Assembly: GCF_036321535.1 (NCBI RefSeq)
Contig: NC_087436.1
Location: forward strand, 74,340,001-74,400,000
Length of the DNA stretch: 60,000 bases
Direction: 5' to 3'
Origin: Camelus dromedarius
Taxonomy: Eukaryota
Within the stretch, counting starts at the first letter, position 1. Each line of letters opens with the position of its first letter. The translations under genes and the position numbers were made by a program. Under the pieces are notes generated by a model. It made no database searches. It was not told the origin of the DNA and saw only the letters and a list, made by a program, of their open reading frames with translations. This document shows, one piece after another, positions 51,851-60,000 of the stretch.

Positions 51851-54130
51851 AGCAGGAACTCTGACACACTCGACACACTCATCTTGATAGTAAGGCTATC
51901 TCTGTGTGGGCTGGGACTGTTGCAGGGACTGAAGACCTTCATGCTATGTTCTTTTTAAGCATCACTGAGAGTGCCATCTTGGAAGCAGGAATGGTGAGGG
52001 TAATCAGAGTGGCTGCTCCCAGGATGTGGTAGAAGACCTTATTCCTAGAGGGTGATGTCAGGGCACTCCATGGCATGGCACAAGGCATTCATCATGGTCC
52101 CCAGTCAACTCAGGAATGGGAATTCTCTGAAAAGCAGGGAAGAGCATGTCACAGTCCTCAGGTGATGCATTCCATCTGAGGATTGGTGGGTTCAGTTTCC
52201 TTTGGCTATGGGATGGAGCCCACTCTACCCTTGCGCTGCCTGGCTAGAGACATGTACGCCAGTGACTTCGTGTTTCCAGACACCATCTGTATTTTGAAGT
52301 AAGTTGGTGACGACGTTTCCTCCCACTTAGTAGTGCTTCCGTTAACCCGTCAGTTAATACACTTTAATTTAGGAACGTGCAAGAAAAAGTCAAATTTGAA
52401 TTATCCTTTCAATGAAAGACTGCTAAAATTCTTAGCAGTTGGGAGGAGGATTTAGTGGTGTCTACCACCTGCATGGAACTGGTAAGCGATACAGCCCTTG
52501 TGGGATCGACTGCTTCCAGGTCCCCTCGAAGTATTAGCTCTGAATCTTCTGTTTGAGGAGATAAAGGGAAGCAGAAGTGGGTCATATGGGATTATCCTCA
52601 ACTGAGCCTTGTCATGTGCATTTTCAACACAGCCTCTTCACGTAGAGGGGAGCGTGGCGGGTAAAAGCTGGCAGTGACATCTGCCGTGCCACTGAGTGCC
52701 AGGACTGATTTCCCTCATCTGGTTGGCTCGGGAGCTGTCCCCTTCCTTTCTCCCTTGAATTTAACACCTGTCCCTCCCAAAGCAGGATGTTCCAGAAAGT
52801 GAGTTCACTTCCTCTGATAGAGAAAAATTACCTTCTTGGGGTGAGTTGATGAAAATGTAGTCTTCTTTTCCTTGAATTCCTGTACCAGTTTTGACTCAGA
52901 ATATGATCCTTCTAGTCTCTTCCCACATACTCTGGAGACAGTCCAGCCATTCAGCACTGCCACATCCTGGGCCAGTGAGACACCACATTTACTTACAGGA
53001 GATCTAGAAATATAATAATAGCTCCATGAATTTTAATCGTGCCTGGCTGCCTAGTCATTTAAAAATGGAAAACCTTAGGCAAGAGCTCTTAATTCTTCTT
53101 TACTCTTCTTTAGGGAATAGTGAGCCACAAACGTGTGAACTGTGGAGACTATTTGATTTTTGATCTACTGATTCCTTCCTGTATCTATGTCCCTCCTCCC
53201 CCAGCATGTTGGGGAAGTATATTTTGAAATTGTAATCAAAGCTAATTACAAGTAATTCTGTTCCAGGCAGCTTTCTGGGGTGTATGATGCCAGGAGTCAG
53301 AGTCATTCCGCCTCCCCTAGGCAGGCTCTGAAAATCACCTGGAGGAGCCTGTGATAGAGAAAGTGTTACCGTCCGAGTGTTTGAGACTGTGCCCAGACTC
53401 TGGAAGTCGTCCATGGGTGATGGATGCCCAGCACCCAGGAGCCTCCTGTGACTGGGCCTCCCTCTCGTTCTCTCTCGTCTGCTCTTTCTGACTCTTCATC
53501 TCCCTCTCTGTCCTTCTCTCATTCAGTTTCGTGTTTGGCTTTCTCACCACAAACAAATTGTCTCTTGTACAGTTGGGATTCCAGGAAGATTGCCAGAGAG
53601 TAGCCCTTCAATTCCATAAAAAGGAAAGATATTAACTAAAACCATGTACATGTGCAGAGTCTCCCTCACCCAGGCGCGTGCCTGGTCTCTTACTAAGCTT
53701 TCCCCTTTCTTCCCACAGCCCGCCCCAAGGGACGCAAAATGCAGTCTCCGTCCCTCGCCTCTTTCCTCGCCTCTTTCCTCGCCCACCTCTCGCATTTCTT
53801 GGTCTATGCAGAATGTTACTCCTGGCACATAACAAATCACATCAATGTTGCTGCCTGTGCTCAAAGGCCGCCTGGCTTCCTCGTTCTCCCCACTTCTCCC
53901 CTGGTGAGCCTGGGTGATTAATTAGAGGCACACAGGTTACGGTGTTGGGCAATTACTCCTAGTGACGACACGTAGGGAGGCCGAGTCAGGCCCAAATATG
54001 GCCCTTTCCCTGACCCTTCCAGAAACCAAACATCTTGCACAAGAGTACATTTATAAGCTGGGTCCTGTGCCTGTAAGCCTGCTGAATGCTAGCAGCTCAG
54101 TGCTGACTGCTTTGCCTCCCTCTCTTCCAG

Positions 54131-57100
54131 CTCCTCTACCAGTGACCTCTCCAACTATGACCATGCTTATCTGAGGCGGAGCCCTGACCAGTGCAGCTCC
54201 CAGGGGAGCATGGAGAGCCTGGAGCCCAGCGGAGGATATCCGCCCTGCCACCTTCTCTCCCCGGCCAAGTCCACCAGCAGCATCGACCAGCTCAGCCACC
54301 TCCATAACAAGAGAGACTCGGCTTACAGCTCCTTCTCCACCAGTTCTAGCATCCTTGAGTATCCACCCCCGGGCGTCTCTGGCCGGGAGCGCTCAGGCTC
54401 CCTGGACACCATTTCTGCTCGAGGTGGCCTCCTAGAAGGGATGAGGCAGGCAGACATTCGCTATGTCAAGACAGTCTATGACCCCCGGAGGGGAGTCTCG
54501 GCCGAGTATGAGGTGAACTCTTCAGCCCTCCTTCTCCAAGCTAGGGACACCCGAGCATCCACAGATGGTCAGGGCTATGATAAATGGCATAATGTTCCTC
54601 GGGGCAAGGGAGCGCCACCTGCTTCCTGGAGCCAGCAGTGCCCCAGTTCTTTGGAGACCGCTGCTGACCACTTGCCTCCTAAAGTGGGCGCACCTCTGCC
54701 CCCGGCTCGGAGTGACAGTTATGCCGCCTTTCGGCAGCGGGAACGGCCCGGCTCTTGGTCCAACCTCGATCAGAAACGGTCCTGCCGGCCTCAGGCCAAC
54801 TCTGCAGGCGCCCTGAAATCTCCCTTCATGGAGGAACAGCTGCATACGGTGCTAGAGAAGAGTCCAGAAAACAGCCCCCCCGTGAGGCCCAAGCATAATT
54901 ACACGCAGAAGGCCCAGCCTGGCCAACCTCTGCTGCCAACTGGCATCTACCCGGTACCTGCCCTGGAGCCACACTTTGCCCAGGTGCCCCAGTCTTCCGT
55001 AAGTAGTAATGGCACGCTCTACCCTGCACTGGCCAAGGAGGGCGGGTACACCACTCCCCAGGGAGTTTGCGACAAGATGGCTGCCCTTGACGAGAATGGG
55101 AACCAAAATGGCTCTAGCAGGCCTGGCTTTGCCTTCTGCCAGCCCCTAGAACATGACTCCGTGTCCCCAGTAGAGAGGAGACCCGAGACTTCAGCCAAAT
55201 GTGTCCCCTACAAAGTCCATTTCCCTTCAGTGCCTGAAAACGAGGAGGAGACCTCCCTGAAGAGACACCTCACACCTCTCCAGTGTGACAGCCCACTTCC
55301 CAGTGAGAGAAAGAGCTCCCACGGCAACAAGTACTCTCATTACCATGGCCTCCAGTCCCCTCAGGCTCAGGCCTGGCACGTGGGTGAAGACAAGCGATCT
55401 TTCACGCCCTCAGAGCCTTGGGAGGGGGATTTTCATGAAGACCATAATGCCAACATCCAGCGGAGGCTCGAGAGAGGCAGCCTAGGCCAGAGCATGCCAA
55501 GCAACTTTGGCAAGACCAAATCTGCCTTCTCCTCCCTCCAGAACATTCCTGAGAGTCTAAGAAGGCAGAGCAGCCTAGATTTAGGAGGGGGAGCCCAGGA
55601 TGTATACCTGGATGGCCGGCCGACTTGTGCAGTCAATGCCAAGGCAGAGGACTCTGGAAGGAAAGTTGTTCCTGATCACAGGAGCCACCTGGACAGGTCA
55701 ATTTCTTGTCCAAGGCCGGAGGGGAGAACTAGTGCCTTGGCTTCTTTCCACAGTTCAGACCCAGGGTATGAAGAGCCGCTCTCCCCACGCCCCCAGGAGA
55801 CATGGAGCCTGGGCCGAAGGAGGCTCAGCTCCAGCAGCGCCTCGACTTTGCAGGGCTTTCAGTACGGGAAGCCCCACTGCTCAGTGCTGGAGAAGGTTTC
55901 CAAGATCGAGCAGCGAGAGCAAGGGAGCCAGAGACCCCCAAGTGCGGGCAGCAGCTCGAGTTATGCCTATAACCACAGGCCCAACAGGACATTTCCAACT
56001 TCCAATCCTTTGGAAGAGACAAAAGCCCACATCCGTTTTTCCGAATCCACTGAATCCCTAGGCAGTGGGGAGCAGCACTTCAAAAACGAGGAGCCAAAGT
56101 CAGGAGAGGCTTCCTGGCAGCCGTGTGGTCAACAGCCGAGGCGGGGTCCTGAAGGCGGCCGGGGCCCCCAACTACGGGCCGGAGAACCCACCAGGCGGGA
56201 CACTCGCCTACTCCGCAGCCAGAGCACCTTCCAGCTCTTCAGCGAGGCCGACAAGGAGGCTGTCTGGCGGGACGAGAGGCCTGGCACGCCCAAGTCGCCT
56301 GAGTCGCCAGTGCCAGACGCCCCCTTCAGCCGCGCCTATCGGAATAGCATCAAGGATGCACAGTCCCGTGTCCTGGGGGCCACCTCCTTTCGACGCCGGG
56401 ACCTCGAGTTGGGGACGCCCGTGGCTTCCAGGCCCTGGCAGCCGCGACCTGCATCGGCCCATGTGGCGCTGCGGAGCCCCGAGGCGCGTGTTTCCACCTC
56501 CCCGCACACCCCGCGGGAGCGGCACAGCGTGACCCCGGCCGAGGGCGACCCAGCCCGGCTTGCGCCCCCCGCCGCGCGGAGAGGGGCACGCCGGCGCCTG
56601 ACCCCTGAGCAGAAGAAACGCTCTTACTCGGAACCCGAGAAGATGCACGAGGTGGGGGTCTTGGAGGAGGCCGATCCGGCGACCCCGGGCCCTCCGAGGA
56701 AGGGGCCGCATTTCGCCGAGAACTCGGTGGCTGACCGGCGCCGTATCTTCGAGCGCGACGGCAGGGCGTGCTCGACACTCAGCCTGTCCGGGCCCGAGCT
56801 GAAGCAGTTCCAGCAGAGCGCCCTGGCCGACTACATTCAGCGCAAGACCGGCAAGAGGCCCGCCGCCGGCCTCCAGGAGCCCCGGCCGCTGCGGGAGCGC
56901 GCCCAGAGCGCCTACCTCCAGTCCTCGCCCGCGACGCCCGAGGGCCCCGGCCTCGCTGCGGCCTCCAGCCTCTCCTCGCTGCGGGAGCCCAGCCTGCCGC
57001 CCTGCAGGGAGGCCACCCACCTGCCGGCCGCCGCAGTGGGGGGTGGCGGGGAGCCCTCGCGGGTCCCTCGAGATCGCAGCAGCTCCTTCGCCGGTGGCCG

Positions 57101-57341
57101 CCTCCTTGGGGACCGGCGCCGTGGGGACCAAGCCCCAAGAGAGCTGCTCGGTGGAGCTAACGGCGGGCCAAAGGGCCCCCAGAGGCTGGACCGGACCCCT
57201 GGGGAGCCCTCCTCGTGGGGGGCCGTGGCCGGGAGGGCTGGGAAGTCCATGTCGGCCGAGGATCTGCTGGAGCGCTCAGACGTCCGTGCCGTCCCTGTCC
57301 ACATGAGGTCACGGTCATCTCCCATCGCAGACAAGCGCCAG
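54131..57341 (+). CDS. SHROOM3: SHROOM3 giant internal exon (canonical exon 5, 3211 nt) including the ASD1 domain
   Basis: Acceptor tctcttccag|, open frame SSTSDLSNYDHAYLRRSPDQCSSQGSMESLEP...ADKRQ, donor cag|gtatgt. Shroom motifs KRDSAYSSFS, PPARSDSYAA, and ASD1 (YRNSIKDAQSRVLGATSFRRRDL...RLTPEQKKRSYSEPEKMHEVG...VADRRRIFE). Confidence 0.98.
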
Positions 57342-57350
57342 GTATGTGCA
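56100..57350. promoter_or_regulatory. Intragenic (exonic) CpG island over the ASD1-coding region
   Basis: Marked rise in GC and CpG density in the 3' third of the giant exon. Confidence 0.75.
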
Positions 57351-57607
57351 GCCAGTGGGTCCTAGGGCTGCCTCTTCCGTCCCGGAAGCTGTAGTGCAGC
57401 TTCTCGAACCCTTCTCCCCACTTTATTTTCCTTTTACTTGCAGGAGAATAGCATTTGTTTTCATGAGGTGACACGTCTTTCTCAGTGCCCCTGTCTGTTG
57501 AGATCCTTACAGAGATACATACGGCTGTATAGAAATTTTATGCAAATACATATATTGTATGTAGATATACATATTGATATCTAGATACGTGTATCTACAG
57601 ACACACA

Positions 57608-57884
57608 CAGTAGGCCCTATATCGGTTCTGCACTGGAATGGAAAGTATTCAGAAAAATTTCAGAAAGTTCCAAAAAGCAAAACTTGAATTTGCCAGCACG
57701 CTGGCAACAGTATCCATAGTATATGCATTGTAAGTAATCTAGAGATGATTTAAAACATACAGAAGAATGTGTGTAGATTATATGCTAATACTATGCCATT
57801 TTATATAATAAGCATCAGACAGATTTTGGTGTCCGTCCCTGGAGGTCCTGGAAACAATACCCTGGGGATTCCAAGAGAAGACTG
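57608..57884. mobile_element. MER2-type (TcMar-Tigger) DNA transposon relic
   Basis: cagtaggccct...aaagttccaaaaagcaaaacttgaatttgcc...ggaggtcctggaaacaataccc...gactg with degenerate terminal inverted repeats. Confidence 0.75.
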
Positions 57885-59140
57885 GATATAATATATACAC
57901 ACATACACATATATAGTATATAATATTATATAGGGTATGTAATAACTTCATTTTAGTGTCACCCACCTCTCAGTGCAAGAATTGGGTTAGGAAAAGTTAG
58001 GGATTCCCTTTTTTGGCTTTTTTGGAGGCTTTTTTTGTTTTTTTTTTTTTTTTTGGTCTATTTTTAAATTCATGAATAGAGGCTGCCTCAGTATTTTAAA
58101 GATTTTAGCTTTGTACCTTCTTTGTTTCTGTTGGACTTCAGCATTTACAAAATAGGTAGTTATTGACTTTGCTAATCCTTGGTTATTGAGTTCCAGACCC
58201 TCAACTAAGTATGCTTTTACATTTACTATATCATTAATCCTCACATTAATTCTGTGTAGTAGAATATTTTATCAACATCAAATCCATGTCTCTCTAACTT
58301 TCATCTGAGCTCTTTCTGTGCATTATCTTGGCAAGATAGGAGACTCTCAGACTTTTACATCGTCACAGAAAAGGATTTTCTAAGAAAGTCTCCCGAACCG
58401 TGCAAAGATCATGAAGTGCTTTCCACTGAAAATTTTAGGCAGAGCTAGGGAAAAACCCCAGCACACTGACTCCCAGGTGTCTATTAATTTCCCTTATTCT
58501 TGGCCCATCCTCAGGCTGTATTTGCACTGCAGATCAGTGGCCTGCCCCGTGCGTGGTTCCCTTCCCAGGTGAGAAGGTACTAGGAATTCACATATATGTT
58601 AGCACAGGGGAGAACACCCCTCCTTCCTTTGTGCCGTCTCAGATTCTGTTTTCCCCAGCAGAGAACTTAATCATTCAGCAACCATTTGTAAAGAATATGC
58701 TTTATGAAAAGGACTGTATTACAGGGTTGAAGGAAACACAAAATAAGTCTTATGCCTTTCTGGGGTTCACTGAACTGAACAAGAAACATGAACTTATATA
58801 TAAATGACATGAATGGTGAATGCTCTGGGAGTGGTCATACATAACATGTTATGGGAGGGACAGTGATTAACTCTGAGGGAATCTGAGAGAGCATCTCATG
58901 AAGGAGATAGGATTTGACCCAGGCTGTAAAGGATGGGCAGGATATTGGCAAAGGATTGGGGGTTGAGTGTGGGAGGCATTGAGTTGGAGGAAACAGCTTC
59001 AGATGAAGATTCACCCATTGCTGCCTGAGAAATATGTTTGCTGCCCTGCTTCTGAAACACACATACACACAGCCTTCTGGGAGAAAATAGTGCTCCCTGC
59101 CAAGTATTTTCTATTCAGAAGTACTTTCTCCCCCGTATAA

Positions 59141-59142
<2 letters not shown>

Positions 59143-59212
<70 letters not shown>
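59143..59212. repeat. (AC)35 perfect microsatellite
   Basis: Read directly from the sequence. Confidence 0.97.
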
Positions 59213-59214
<2 letters not shown>

Positions 59215-60000
59215 CTACAGAGGCCATCCTCGATAGGTGTCCAATAGCTATTTTTTTCTCCCCTCAGAATGAAGAACATAGCTAATTTCCAGTCCTTATC
59301 CTACCCCTAAAACGCCTTTAAATCCATGTACGTAACATGCCATCTCAGCTAGATGGGCCTCAGAAGCTTACTGCCTAACAAAACAAACATTTTCTTCATT
59401 TCTTTTCCTGTATTCTAAAGAAAATAGAAATGTTTGCGTGAAAACCAAAACATCTGTTGTTTATTCCCCCTTACGCCAAACGGGGGAAATATTTCAAAGT
59501 GAAATACTTTATCTGTGCTGCTTTGCTCCTACCACTTCTGAAAACAGGTTATCATCCCCCGGATCGCAGCTCTGTCCTTGGGCTTCCTCCTTCACTTCTG
59601 CGCTCAGCAACCACACCTTGCTGCCCTGAGAGCTGGTCCCTGGCAAGGTCTGGCCCTCACATCTTCATACATCCATTATCTACCTTAGTTATAGAACTAG
59701 TTAAAAACAAGATTTAAACTAGTCTCCACATAATTATTGTGGTTATTATTTCAAGATATTCTTTTTTTTTTTTTTAATTTGAACAAATTCCAGGCACTTT
59801 ACCATTATCGTTAAGCTTTGGTGAAGCTATTAAATAAGAATTTTTCTCATCCCAGCTTTAGAGAACTCCAAGAAATTAAGTGACCCTGTAGAGACTACAC
59901 CATCTGCCTGAGTTAAACCCAAAATGTGGAGTCTGTTTCTGGTGCTGGCTCAGTCCACAGCATCTGGAACAAATGCTGCTTGCTCCTGCCAACCAGATGT

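Noticed and set aside
53739..53903. 55-codon ORF MQSPSLASFL... as a coding first exon
   Set aside because: It ends in phase 0 at the donor, out of frame with exon 54131.
56208..57131. 307-aa antisense ORF and other overlapping ORFs in the giant exon
   Set aside because: Expected stop-poor shadow frames of a GC-rich coding region, with no recognisable protein.
54210..57365. 1051-aa ORF as a standalone single-exon gene
   Set aside because: It is an internal exon: the frame extends upstream to the acceptor at 54131, and a donor at 57342 precedes the stop.
59011..59214. Cys-Val repeat ORF
   Set aside because: Translation of the (AC)n microsatellite.
1..60000. CRISPR arrays, prokaryotic systems, or an antisense lncRNA gene
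   Set aside because: The sequence is mammalian with no repeat-spacer arrays. An antisense lncRNA cannot be supported from sequence alone.

Overview
Mammalian genomic DNA, most likely camelid given the tRNA-derived Vic-1-type SINEs. The whole window lies inside SHROOM3 on the + strand. Three canonical coding exons are visible: 29181-29312 (132 nt), 48116-48247 (132 nt) and the giant exon 54131-57341 (3211 nt, containing the actin-binding ASD1 domain). The PDZ-coding and ASD2-coding exons lie outside the window. The introns hold an internal CpG-island promoter (~10.5-11.4 kb), an antisense HMGN1 processed pseudogene, an ERV1-class solo LTR, several L1 3' ends with target-site duplications (TSDs), and MIR, L2 and MER2 relics. 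The most interesting structure is a set of candidate alternative first exons. Each is an ATG-started ORF ending in a phase-2 GT donor (11059-11168 and 34267-34346; weaker at 44654-44706 and 53845-53903) that splices in frame into the downstream exons, predicting PDZ-less SHROOM3 isoforms with different N-termini. One of them creates a stop codon at the junction if the 29.2 kb exon is included. Repeat family names come from my recognition of the sequences, and their boundaries are approximate.
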